A stretch of DNA of 64,000 bases from an uncultured Trueperaceae bacterium. GTDB taxonomy: Bacteria > Deinococcota > Deinococci > Deinococcales > Trueperaceae. The DNA lies in assembly GCA_963815215.1 (NCBI GenBank), contig CAWFFU010000008.1:128001-192000 (forward strand), read 5' to 3'. Position 1 is the first letter of the stretch; each line of letters begins with the position of its first letter. The notes below the pieces were generated by a model. The model had not been told where the DNA came from, did no database searches, and was given only the letters and a program-made list of their open reading frames with translations. Of the stretch, positions 11,108 through 24,113 are shown one piece after another. The position numbers and the translations under genes are program-made.

Positions 11108-11587
11108 ATGGACGGAATGCGCATCGGTTACGGCGAGGACGCTCACGCCCTGGCACCGGGTCGCTCCCTCGTCATCGGCGCGGTGAAGATCGACGGTAGC
11201 CCCGTCGGAACGGTGGCGCACAGTGACGGCGACGTGTTGCTCCACGCGCTCTCGGACGCCCTGCTGGCCGCCTACGCCATGGGCGACATCGGACAGTACT
11301 TCCCGCCGTCCAACCCCAACTACCGCGGCCTCGACAGCCGCGTGATCCTCCAGACCGTGCTGCAACGCCTTTCCGATCAGGTGGGCCGCTACCGCATCGT
11401 CAATCTGTCGGCGGTGGTGGTGCTCGACCAACCGCGGCTGGGCCCGACCCGGCGCGACATCCAGCGCCAGCTCGCCGGCGAGCTGGGGATCGATGCATCG
11501 CGCGTCGGCGTGACCTTCAAGACCAGCGAAGGGATGGCGCCCGACTTCATCCAGGCGCGCGCCACGGTGCTGCTCGAGACCGAGTAG
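11108..11587 (+). CDS. ispF: 2-C-methyl-D-erythritol 2,4-cyclodiphosphate synthase
   Basis: RIGYGEDAH, HSDGDVLLHALSDA, GDIG and KTSEG motifs; TACAAT 6 nt before the ATG. Confidence 0.95.
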   Translation: MDGMRIGYGEDAHALAPGRSLVIGAVKIDGSPVGTVAHSDGDVLLHALSDALLAAYAMGDIGQYFPPSNPNYRGLDSRVILQTVLQRLSDQVGRYRIVNLSAVVVLDQPRLGPTRRDIQRQLAGELGIDASRVGVTFKTSEGMAPDFIQARATVLLETE

Positions 11588-11611
11588 GCGAGCGCCACCC
11601 CACGACCCCGG

Positions 11612-11928
11612 TCAGGCCTCCTGCACGCAGACCAGCACGCGGCCGTCCTGCACCTCCACCTCGTAGAGGCGGATCTTCTTCACGGCAGGCAGCGTCGGCG
11701 CGCCGCTGCGCAGGTCGAAGGTCGCGCCGTGGTGGGCGCACTTGATCTTGCCCTCGAGCAACTCGCCGTCGGAGAGCGGGAAGCGCGCGTGCGTGCAGCG
11801 GTCGGGAAGGGCGAAGAACTCGTCCCCCTGACGGATCAACACGATGTCGCGACCCTCGACCGCCAGCGCCGTGACGCCGTCCTCGGGATAGTCGGCGACC
11901 GAGCCAACGTCGGTCCGCGTCAAGGTGC

Positions 11929-11932
<4 letters not shown>
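11612..11932 (-). CDS. Rieske-type ferredoxin
   Basis: CTH...CAHHG Rieske ligands; GTG start overlaps the sufD stop. Confidence 0.9.
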
Positions 11933-13251
<1,319 letters not shown>

Positions 13252-13320
13252 GTCTCGAGGCCAGCAGCCTTCACGGCGCGGCCCACGCGTAGTGCGTGGG
13301 CCGCGCCCGTCGGCGGCTGC

Positions 13321-14754
13321 TCAGCCGACGCTCCCTTCCATCTCCAGCTCGATGAGGCGGTTGAGCTCGACCGCGTACTCCAGCGGGAGCTCCTTCGCCA
13401 CGGGGTCCAGGAAGCCGCGCACGATGAGGGACATAGCCTCGTCCTCGGCCAGGCCGCGCGACATCAGATAGAAGATCTGCTCGTCGTCGAGCTTGCTGAC
13501 CGTGGCCTCGTGGCCGACGTGGGCGGTCTTCTCGTTGATCTCGATGTAGGGGTAGGTGTCGGTCTTGGCGCTGTCGTCGAGCAACAGCGCGTCGCACTCC
13601 ACGTTGGAGCGCGCACCCACAGCGCCCTCGTGGATCTGCACCAGGCCGCGGTAGCTGCTGCGTCCCGTGCCCTTCGAGATCGACTTGCTCACCACGCTGC
13701 TGGTCGTATGCGGCGCGGCATGGATCATCTTCGAGCCAGCGTCCTGGTGCTGGCCGTCGCCGGCGAAGGCGATGGAGAGCACCTCGCCGTGCGCATGCTC
13801 GCCCACCAGGTAGCAGCTGGGGTACTTCATGGTGACCTTCGAGCCGAGGTTGCCGTCGAGCCAGCCCATCGATGCGCCGGCATGCACCAGCGCGCGCTGC
13901 GTCACCAGGTTGTAGACGTTGTGCGACCAGTTCTGGATGGTCGAGTAGCGGACCTGGCTGTTGTCCTGAGCGATGATCTCGATCACGCCGGAGTGGAAGG
14001 CGTCGGTGGTGTAGGCGGGCGCCGTGCAGCCCTCGATGTAGTGGAACTTCGAGCCGGGCGCGCCGATGATCAGGGTGCGCTCGAACTGGCCGATGCTCTG
14101 CGCGTTCAGCAGGAAGTACGCCTGCAGCGGCACCCCGACCTCGACGCCTTCGGGCACGTACACGAAGGAGCCGCCCGACCACACCGCACTGTTGACCGCG
14201 GCGTAGTAGTTGTCCTCGGGGGGCACGACGGTGGAGAAGTACTCCTTGAAGACCTCCGGGTGCTCCTTGAGACCGGTGTCGGTGTCGAGGAAGATGACGC
14301 CCTTCTTCTCCCACTCCTCCTTCAGCTTGTGGTAGACCATCTCCGACTCGTACTGGGCACCGACGCCGGCCAGCACGCGCTGTTCCGCTTCGGGCACGCC
14401 CAGGCGCCGGTAGGTCTCGCGCACCTCCTCCGGGATCTCGTCCCAGGAATCGACGGTGCCCTGACGCTCGTTCGGGCGGATGTAGAAGTAGATGTTCTCG
14501 AACCTCAGGCCGCTGAGGTCGGGACCCCACTTGGGCGGCCCCTTCTTCTCGGCGATCTCCAGCGCCCTCAAGCGGAACTGGAGCATCCACTCCGGCTCCT
14601 GCTTGAAGTAGCTGATCTTCTCGACCACGCGTCGATCGAGACCCTTCTCGGACCGGTAGAAGTATGTCTCCGGCAGCCGGAAGTCGTACTGCTTGGTGTG
14701 CTCCATGCCCTGGAGTTTGTCGGCATCGGGATTGGCGTTCGTCACATCCGTCAT
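13321..14754 (-). CDS. sufB: Fe-S cluster assembly protein SufB
   Basis: GVGAQYESE, YIEGCTAP, GSKVTMKYP, DTYPY, HEATVSK and LPLEYAVE motifs. Confidence 0.97.
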   Translation of the reverse strand: MTDVTNANPDADKLQGMEHTKQYDFRLPETYFYRSEKGLDRRVVEKISYFKQEPEWMLQFRLRALEIAEKKGPPKWGPDLSGLRFENIYFYIRPNERQGTVDSWDEIPEEVRETYRRLGVPEAEQRVLAGVGAQYESEMVYHKLKEEWEKKGVIFLDTDTGLKEHPEVFKEYFSTVVPPEDNYYAAVNSAVWSGGSFVYVPEGVEVGVPLQAYFLLNAQSIGQFERTLIIGAPGSKFHYIEGCTAPAYTTDAFHSGVIEIIAQDNSQVRYSTIQNWSHNVYNLVTQRALVHAGASMGWLDGNLGSKVTMKYPSCYLVGEHAHGEVLSIAFAGDGQHQDAGSKMIHAAPHTTSSVVSKSISKGTGRSSYRGLVQIHEGAVGARSNVECDALLLDDSAKTDTYPYIEINEKTAHVGHEATVSKLDDEQIFYLMSRGLAEDEAMSLIVRGFLDPVAKELPLEYAVELNRLIELEMEGSVG

Positions 14755-14800
14755 GCGTCCCTCCACTCTCGACCAGAGGCGTCCATGTGGGCCCGGCGGC

Positions 14801-15562
14801 TCATGCACCGACCTGGTCGCGGACCCAGTCGTACCCCTTGCTGTCGAGCTCCATGGCGAGCTCCTTGGGGCCCTCGGTGACAACGCGCCCGTCGACCATG
14901 ACGTGGACGCGATCCGGGACGATGTAGTTCAGCAGTCGCTGGTAGTGCGTGATCATCAGGCAGCCGAAGTCGGGGCCGCGGGCGGCGTTGACCCCTTGCG
15001 ACACGACCTTGAGGGCGTCGATGTCGAGCCCGGAGTCGGTCTCGTCCAGGATCGCGTACTTGGGCTCGAGCACCAGCAGCTGGAGGATCTCGCTGCGCTT
15101 CTTCTCGCCGCCCGAGAACCCCTCGTGCAGGTTGCGTTCGAGGATCGACTCGTCCCAGTCGAGCGCTTCGACCGCCTTCTGGAGCTTCTGGTAGAACTCC
15201 ATCACGCCGATCTCCTCGCCCTCGGGCCGGCGCGCGTTGAGCGCCAGGCGCAGGAAGTTCGCGATCGACACGCCCGGCACCTCGACCGGATACTGGAAGG
15301 CGAGGTAGAGGCCGGCCCGCGCCCGTTCATCGGGCTCCAAGCCGAGCACGTTCTGGCCCTCGAGCAGGATCGAGCCCTCGGTCACCTCGTAGCTCGGGTC
15401 GCCCGCGATGATCTTGGCGAGCGTCGACTTGCCGGACCCGTTGGGGCCCATCAGGGCGTGCACCTCGCCACGGGGCACCGTCAGGTCGACGCCCCGTAGG
15501 ATCGTTTCACCGCCGCGGATGCGGGCGTGCAGGTTGCGGATGTCCAGGGTCGTGTCGGTCAT
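14801..15562 (-). CDS. sufC: Fe-S cluster assembly ATPase SufC
   Basis: [40 protein letters not shown] and ITHYQRLL motifs. Confidence 0.97.
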   Translation of the reverse strand: MTDTTLDIRNLHARIRGGETILRGVDLTVPRGEVHALMGPNGSGKSTLAKIIAGDPSYEVTEGSILLEGQNVLGLEPDERARAGLYLAFQYPVEVPGVSIANFLRLALNARRPEGEEIGVMEFYQKLQKAVEALDWDESILERNLHEGFSGGEKKRSEILQLLVLEPKYAILDETDSGLDIDALKVVSQGVNAARGPDFGCLMITHYQRLLNYIVPDRVHVMVDGRVVTEGPKELAMELDSKGYDWVRDQVGA

Positions 15563-15617
15563 GCATACACCTCGTGAGGTCCGTGGATCGGTCGGGAGGG
15601 TCCTCGCCCTATCTAGG

Positions 15618-15662
15618 ACTCGTTCCGAGTTTTAGTATAGCGGCGCTCCCGGCGAATGTCGA
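15618..15662 (-). promoter_or_regulatory. Putative suf promoter with downstream palindromic operator
   Basis: Minus strand TCGACA-N17-TATACT (15662-15634); ACTCG-N3-CGAGT palindrome at 15618-15630. Confidence 0.6.
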
Positions 15663-15747
15663 GTAACGCGCTCAAGATTGAGCGTACCCTCTCGAGCGCG
15701 CCCCGAGCGTAGGCCGGATCGCTGCTACGGTACCTCGAACGGATGCC

Positions 15748-16728
15748 TCAGTCGCGACGTCGGAGCAACCAGCCCAGCAACCCGCCGCGCTCCTCTCCGT
15801 TGCCCTCGTCGGAAGCCTCGGATTCGGTCCCTGCGGCCTTGGGGAGTCGGCTCGAGCGACCGGTGCGGGGCGCCTCCTTGGGCTTCTCCACCACCTCCGT
15901 GACCGCCTCCGGCCGCCCGGTGGCCACCCGGAACGCGTTGGCGAACTCGGCGACCGTCGCGAAGCGCTTCTCGGCGTCCCGCGAGATCGCCTTGGTGACC
16001 ACGCGCACCAACGTCCGCGGAAGGTCGGGGCGTAACACCGCCAGATCCCGCGGGATGCCCGACAGGTGGGCGAGCATCAGGCTGTCGTAGGTGTCGCCCA
16101 CGAAGGGCCGCTCGCCCGCCAGTACCTCGTAGGCCAGCACGCCAAGGCTGTAGATGTCGCCACGCACTGTCGCCTGCTTGCCCTCGAACACCTCGGGCGC
16201 CATGTAGAACGCCGTGCCGACGCGATCCTTGGAGTCCTCGGCCTGGAAGATCCCGGTGCCGTAGTCGCCCAGCTTGGCCACGCCACCTTCGGTGAGGAAG
16301 ACGTTGGCGGGCTTGACGTCGCGATGCAGCACGCTCCGCTGGTGAGTGTGCGCCAGCCCTGCCGCCACGCCCTCCACCAGTTCGTAGGCCTGCCCCAACG
16401 CCAGCCGCCCCTTCTCCAGCAACAACTGGTCGAGCGTGCCGCCGGCGCACAGCTCCAGCGCCAGGAAGGCGCGCTTGCCCGTGGGGAAGCCATCGAAGGC
16501 GGCGACGATGTTGGGGTGCGACAGCTTGACGGTGATCTGCACCTCGTTCTCGAACATGCGGCGCAGCACCGGACGCTCGTGCAGCTCATCGCGCGGGAGT
16601 TTGAGCGCGACACGACCGAACTCGCTGTGCTCGGCCAGGTAGACGTGCGACGTCTGGCCCGAACCCAGCTTCTGCACGATCTGGTAGCCCCCCGGTACGA
16701 AGGCGGGCTGGTCGTTCCCGGCGCTCAT
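15748..16728 (-). CDS. Hanks-type Ser/Thr protein kinase
   Basis: VALK, HRDVKPAN, DYG, GTAFYMAPE and DIYSLG motifs; start could instead be 16755. Confidence 0.92.
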   Translation of the reverse strand: MSAGNDQPAFVPGGYQIVQKLGSGQTSHVYLAEHSEFGRVALKLPRDELHERPVLRRMFENEVQITVKLSHPNIVAAFDGFPTGKRAFLALELCAGGTLDQLLLEKGRLALGQAYELVEGVAAGLAHTHQRSVLHRDVKPANVFLTEGGVAKLGDYGTGIFQAEDSKDRVGTAFYMAPEVFEGKQATVRGDIYSLGVLAYEVLAGERPFVGDTYDSLMLAHLSGIPRDLAVLRPDLPRTLVRVVTKAISRDAEKRFATVAEFANAFRVATGRPEAVTEVVEKPKEAPRTGRSSRLPKAAGTESEASDEGNGEERGGLLGWLLRRRD

Positions 16729-16886
16729 CCCGTCCCCTTCGGCGGTCGCTCCCATGGGCCGCGCCTAGCTGCGGCACCCGGCCGACTGCGCCACGATGCC
16801 TTCACTCTACCCGGCTGCGAGCGACGCGGAAGCGAACCATACCGCACGCTCCATCCCCGGCGTGCCGAGCCGCCGGCGGCGCAGCG

Positions 16887-17561
16887 TCAGAGCTCGAAGT
16901 CGTCCCCCGGCTCGAGCGCCAGGCAGCGCGCGTCCGTCTCGCTCTCCACCTTCGCCTTGAACGCCTGAGCGTCCTGACGGATGGGGTCGAAGGTATTGTA
17001 GTGGATGGGGACGACGACCTTCGGAGCGAGCAGCTTCACGGCCTCCAGCGCGTCGTCCGGGCCCATGGTGAAGAAGTCGCCGATGGGCACCATCGCCAGG
17101 TCCAGCCCCTTGCGACCGATCAAGCGCATGTCGCTGAACAGCGCCGTGTCCCCGGCATGGTACACGCGCTTGCCCCCCATCTCCAGGATGATGCCGGTCG
17201 GCATGCCGCCGTAGGTCCCGTCCGGGAACGAGCTGGAGTGCCAGGCGGGGGTGAACTGGACCCGCCCGAACGGGAACGCGAAGCCGCCCCCGATGTTCAT
17301 GCCGTGCCCCTTCATGCCCCGCTCGGACACGTAGTTGGCGATCTCCACGGCGGCGACGACGGTAGCGCCGGCGCGCCCGGCGATACTCGGGGTGTCCCCG
17401 TAGTGGTCTCCGTGCGCGTGGCTGAGCAGGATGTGGCTGGGCGCGACCTCGCTCGCCTCGACGGAGGTGGCGGGGTTGTGGGTCATGAATGGGTCGATCA
17501 CGACCTCATGCCCTTCTGCCGTGATCTGGAAGCCGGAGTGGCCGAGGAACCGGAGCTTCAT
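16887..17561 (-). CDS. Metallo-beta-lactamase-fold hydrolase (UPF0173-like)
   Basis: LGHSGF, SHAHGDH, AWHSS, HAGDT and PIHYNTF motifs; GGAGG SD. Confidence 0.92.
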   Translation of the reverse strand: MKLRFLGHSGFQITAEGHEVVIDPFMTHNPATSVEASEVAPSHILLSHAHGDHYGDTPSIAGRAGATVVAAVEIANYVSERGMKGHGMNIGGGFAFPFGRVQFTPAWHSSSFPDGTYGGMPTGIILEMGGKRVYHAGDTALFSDMRLIGRKGLDLAMVPIGDFFTMGPDDALEAVKLLAPKVVVPIHYNTFDPIRQDAQAFKAKVESETDARCLALEPGDDFEL

Positions 17562-17728
17562 GCATACCTCCCGATCGGATCGGCGAACCGCGTGACGCCT
17601 CCGATATCCGTCGGCGCCGCGTATCCGCACGTGCTTGCCCGAGTACCGGAATCGAGAATAGCAGCCGGCGGAGGAACGGCGGGGCTCATGGGGAACGCCC
17701 GAGGCCGGCGGCCGGGAGGCGGCGCGCA

Positions 17729-17764
17729 GCGTCCGGCAGGCGGGCGGCGTCCGGCAGGCGGGCG
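17729..17764. repeat. Exact 18-bp tandem duplication
   Basis: GCGTCCGGCAGGCGGGCG x2. Confidence 0.85.
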
Positions 17765-17808
17765 GCGGCGCGACCGCGGGCGCCCCTATACTGGACGGGC
17801 CCCGGACC

Positions 17809-19479
17809 GTGACGCGGAACCGGTCCGCCGCGGCGCAGCGAGCGGCTGCCGGCGCCGCAGGAAGGATCTCGACGAGCGCCATCCTCACCACCAAGCTGCG
17901 GCCGCCTCCGCCACGTGCCGATCGCGCGCCGCGGCCGCGCCTTCTCGCCCGGCTCGACGAGGCCGCGGCAGGTCGTCTGACGCTGGTGTCGGCGCCTGCC
18001 GGGTACGGCAAGACCACCGCCCTGGCGAGCTGGGCGGGCGGCACCCCCCATCCCGTAGCCTGGCTCTCGCTCGACGAGGCCGACAACGCGCCGCAACGCT
18101 TCCTGCGTCATCTGGTGGCTGCCCTGCAACGGCGCGACGAGACCTTGCGCGAGCTAGGGGATTTCGTCGGCGAGGATCTCGAGGCGGCCCTCATCACGGT
18201 CGTCAACGACGTCGCCGAGAACCTCGAGCCACTGGTCCTGGTCCTCGACGACTACCACGTCGTGCACGCCGAGCGCGTGCACGAGCTGGTGCGCTTCCTG
18301 CTCGACCATGGGCCCGAGCCGCTGCGGCTGATGATCGCGACGCGGGCCGACCCACCCCTGCCGCTGGCTCGCCTGCGGGTGGCGCACGCCCTGAGCGAGG
18401 TGCGCGCCGACGAGCTGCGCTTCACGGTCGAGGAGGCCGGCTCGATGCTCGGCGCTCTGGGGTTGGACCTCGCCCCCGCCGACGTGGACGAGCTCACCTG
18501 GCGCAGCGAGGGCTGGCCCGCCGGCCTCCACCTGGCAGCTCTGTCGTTGCGCGGCCAGAGCGACCCGCACGCCTTCATCGGCTTCTTCACCGGCACCGAC
18601 CGCTTCGTGCTGGAGTACCTCACCGAGGAGGTGCTCACCCGGCAACCGCCCGAAGTGCAGGACTTCCTGCTGCTCACCTCGATCCTCGACGAGCTCGACG
18701 CCGAGCTGGCGAGCGCGGTGACCGGCACGTCCGACGCCCAGGCGATGCTGGACCACATCGAACGGCACAACCTGTTCCTGGTGCCGATCGACGCTCAGCG
18801 CCGACGCTTCCGCTACCACGCCTTCTTCCAGGACCTGTTGCTGCACCGGCTGCGCTCGGCACGGCCTGACCTGCCCGCGGAGCTCCACCGCCGGGCCGCC
18901 GGAGCGCTGGAGGCCCGCGGCGACCTCGAGGACGCCCTCCTCCACGCCGTTCAGGGGGGCGGCGAGGCGGAGGTGATCCGGTTGCTCGAACGGCATCCCG
19001 ACGGTGCGCGGCTCCGGCAGGCACTGGCCGACGCAAGAGCCGGGGGAAGCACCGGGGGAAGCGCCCGCGACTCCCTCCGGGACGGCGCCACCGCCGGCGC
19101 CCCTGTGGACCGCGCGGCAGGCGCGCGTAACGCCCTACGCCAGGCCCTGGACGCCATCGCCAGCGACGACGACCTCGAGGAGCGTGAGGCAGGGGAACGC
19201 GATGCTGCGAAGGGCGAGGACTCAGAGACCCCGGGCGCGGACCGTGAGGCCACGCAGGGTGACGGCGGCCGCGCGCCGTTGGAGCCCGAGCCGCTCTCGG
19301 ACCGCGAGCGCGAGGTGCTCCGTCTCATCACAGCGGGGTTCGCGAACAAGCAGATCGCCCGCCGCCTCGACGTCTCGCTCAACACCGTCAAGACGCACGT
19401 CCGCAATATCTACGCCAAGCTCGGCGTGAGTTCGCGCACGCAGGCCGCCGCCCGCGCGCGCGAGCTGGGTGGGGGCTGA
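17809..19479 (+). CDS. MalT-like STAND ATPase / LuxR-HTH transcriptional regulator (short form)
   Basis: TKLRPP, Walker A APAGYGKTT, WLSLD, Walker B LVLDDYH, EGWPAGL, FRYH; C-terminal LSDREREVL...NTVKTHVRNIYAKLGV. Confidence 0.92.
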   Translation: MTRNRSAAAQRAAAGAAGRISTSAILTTKLRPPPPRADRAPRPRLLARLDEAAAGRLTLVSAPAGYGKTTALASWAGGTPHPVAWLSLDEADNAPQRFLRHLVAALQRRDETLRELGDFVGEDLEAALITVVNDVAENLEPLVLVLDDYHVVHAERVHELVRFLLDHGPEPLRLMIATRADPPLPLARLRVAHALSEVRADELRFTVEEAGSMLGALGLDLAPADVDELTWRSEGWPAGLHLAALSLRGQSDPHAFIGFFTGTDRFVLEYLTEEVLTRQPPEVQDFLLLTSILDELDAELASAVTGTSDAQAMLDHIERHNLFLVPIDAQRRRFRYHAFFQDLLLHRLRSARPDLPAELHRRAAGALEARGDLEDALLHAVQGGGEAEVIRLLERHPDGARLRQALADARAGGSTGGSARDSLRDGATAGAPVDRAAGARNALRQALDAIASDDDLEEREAGERDAAKGEDSETPGADREATQGDGGRAPLEPEPLSDREREVLRLITAGFANKQIARRLDVSLNTVKTHVRNIYAKLGVSSRTQAAARARELGGG

Positions 19480-19503
19480 GCGCGGCCGGCGGCCCGGTGC
19501 CGG

Positions 19504-19555
19504 CTCACCCCTCGAGGCCGACCGCCTCACCCATTCGGGTGATGTCGACTCACCC
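19504..19555. promoter_or_regulatory. Phased TCACCC sites including the palindrome TCACCC-N4-GGGTGA (putative LuxR-HTH operator)
   Basis: CTCACCC at 19504, 19526 and 19549; perfect inverted repeat at 19527-19542. Confidence 0.6.
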
Positions 19556-19622
19556 CCGCCGGCCCTACCCTTGGGTGTCGAACGCGGCGCGCCCGCCGCG
19601 TGCAACCCGAGGAGGAAGGACC

Positions 19623-20006
19623 ATGAGCGACCACGAGGACCGTCGCGAGAACGCCGCCGACGGCAAGCAGCAGACCCACCGAGGTGACAGCTTCACCGAG
19701 GAGTTCAAGGTCAGCGGCGAGGCCGTCCTCTCCAAGATCAAGGAACTGGTGCGTGAGGGGAACGTCCGCCGCATCATCATCAAGAACGACGAGGGCAACA
19801 CCCTCATCGAGATCCCCCTCACCATCGGCGTCATCGGCACGGTGCTGCTGCCCGTGTGGGCAGCGATCGGAGCCATCGCCGCGCTGGCCGCGAACCTCAC
19901 CATCGCCGTCGAGCGGCGCGGCTCGGGCGAGCAGCACCCCGATCACGATCCTCCCGCGCCGGCGGCGAGCTCCGAAGGCTCCGGCACCCCTCAGCTTCCG
20001 CGCTGA
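19623..20006 (+). CDS. DUF4342-like protein
   Basis: KIKELVREGNVRRIIIK...LIEIPLTIG followed by a hydrophobic hairpin; GAGGAAGGA SD. Confidence 0.85.
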   Translation: MSDHEDRRENAADGKQQTHRGDSFTEEFKVSGEAVLSKIKELVREGNVRRIIIKNDEGNTLIEIPLTIGVIGTVLLPVWAAIGAIAALAANLTIAVERRGSGEQHPDHDPPAPAASSEGSGTPQLPR

Positions 20007-20041
20007 CCCCGGCCTGCCAACCCATCCCTGGAGGGACGAGC

Positions 20042-20338
20042 ATGAACGACCACGAACGTAACGACGAGAACCGCAAGGACGCCTGGGACCGTCTGGGCGA
20101 GACACTCGAGATGATCTGGCGCGCGTTGGGCCGCCTGATCGCGGAGGGCAACCGCAGGCAGCTCGCGCTGCGCGACCGCAAGGGAGAGGTGATGGTGCGG
20201 CTCCCCCTCACCGTTGCCGCCCTCATCGCGCTGTTCCTGCTGTGGACGCTGTGGCCGGTCCTGCTGGTGCTGGCGATCGTACTGTTCGCCATGCGCGGCA
20301 GCCTGGCGATCCTGCGTAGGGAGGCGCCCGGGGGCTGA
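20042..20338 (+). CDS. Second, divergent DUF4342-like protein
   Basis: RLIAEGNRRQLALRDRKGEVMVRLPLT parallels the upstream gene; GGAGG SD. Confidence 0.75.
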   Translation: MNDHERNDENRKDAWDRLGETLEMIWRALGRLIAEGNRRQLALRDRKGEVMVRLPLTVAALIALFLLWTLWPVLLVLAIVLFAMRGSLAILRREAPGG

Positions 20339-20439
20339 ACGGCGGGCGAAGCCGCCGGCCCGAGATCAGCTCCTTTCGAACGCCGCCTGGGCGGCGGGGA
20401 CGCTCCGCAGCGATCCTCCGCCGCCCACGATCTTGACGC

Positions 20440-20479
20440 CCGGAGCCGGGCGGCTCCGGAGGCGTCCGGACGCCTCCGG
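20440..20479. repeat. Overlapping palindromes upstream of uvrA
   Basis: CCGGAGCC-N4-GGCTCCGG (20440-20459) and perfect 24-bp CCGGAGGCGTCCGGACGCCTCCGG (20456-20479). Confidence 0.75.
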
Positions 20480-20656
20480 CATTCCCCGCCACCGTGCCGA
20501 GCTGCGGGGGTCTGGTAAACTGTTTCGTTCGACCCGCGTCGTCGCGACCGGCGTCGCGCCCGTCGTCGCGACCGGCGGCGCCCCGTTCCGCCGAAGGATC
20601 CCGCGCGGCAGGATCGCCGCCCCGCCGCCAGGCGGGCGGTCCCAGCAGGAGGCACC

Positions 20657-23524
<2,868 letters not shown>

Positions 23525-23614
23525 AGCGCAGGCCCTGCCCGTGTTTGACGCTCTCATGGCCGCGACCGGTATCCTACGGCGTGGCGAGGACCCCATGAGC
23601 ACGGAGCCTTCCCG

Positions 23615-24103
23615 ATGATCCGCACCGCCCCCGCGCCCCGCAGGATGATCGTCGGGGTGTTCCTGTTCCTGGCGGCGGTGGTGAGCGCGGTGGCGCCCAT
23701 GCCGGTGCTGTTCCGGTCGTTGGGTGTGCTGCTGTTCGCATACCTGGCGTTCGCCGAGGCGGGCATGCCGGCCGCCTACCTGACGGCCCTTCTCGCGCCG
23801 CTCGGTGGGCTGGTCAGCGGCGACCCGGCGTGGCTGACCATGCTCCCTATCGTGCTGAGCACCAACTTGCTGGCGATGCTGGCGCTCGAGTGGTCGTGGC
23901 CCTACGTGGCGATCGTGCTCTCCCCGCTACTGGAGGTCGTCCCCATGATCTTCGTGGCGGCGGCGTCCAAGAAGGCGCTGTTCCTGGTGACGCTGCCGTG
24001 GGCGGGCGAGGAGCGCACCTGGATCGTGCTCCACGGCCTGGTGGCCTTCGCAGGCGTGCTGGTCGCGATCTACGTCCACCGCAGACGATCCCGGACGAAC
24101 TGA
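23615..24103 (+). CDS. Hypothetical integral membrane protein
   Basis: 162 aa, about 5 hydrophobic segments, typical codon bias. Confidence 0.75.
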   Translation: MIRTAPAPRRMIVGVFLFLAAVVSAVAPMPVLFRSLGVLLFAYLAFAEAGMPAAYLTALLAPLGGLVSGDPAWLTMLPIVLSTNLLAMLALEWSWPYVAIVLSPLLEVVPMIFVAAASKKALFLVTLPWAGEERTWIVLHGLVAFAGVLVAIYVHRRRSRTN

Positions 24104-24113
24104 GCGCCGCCCC

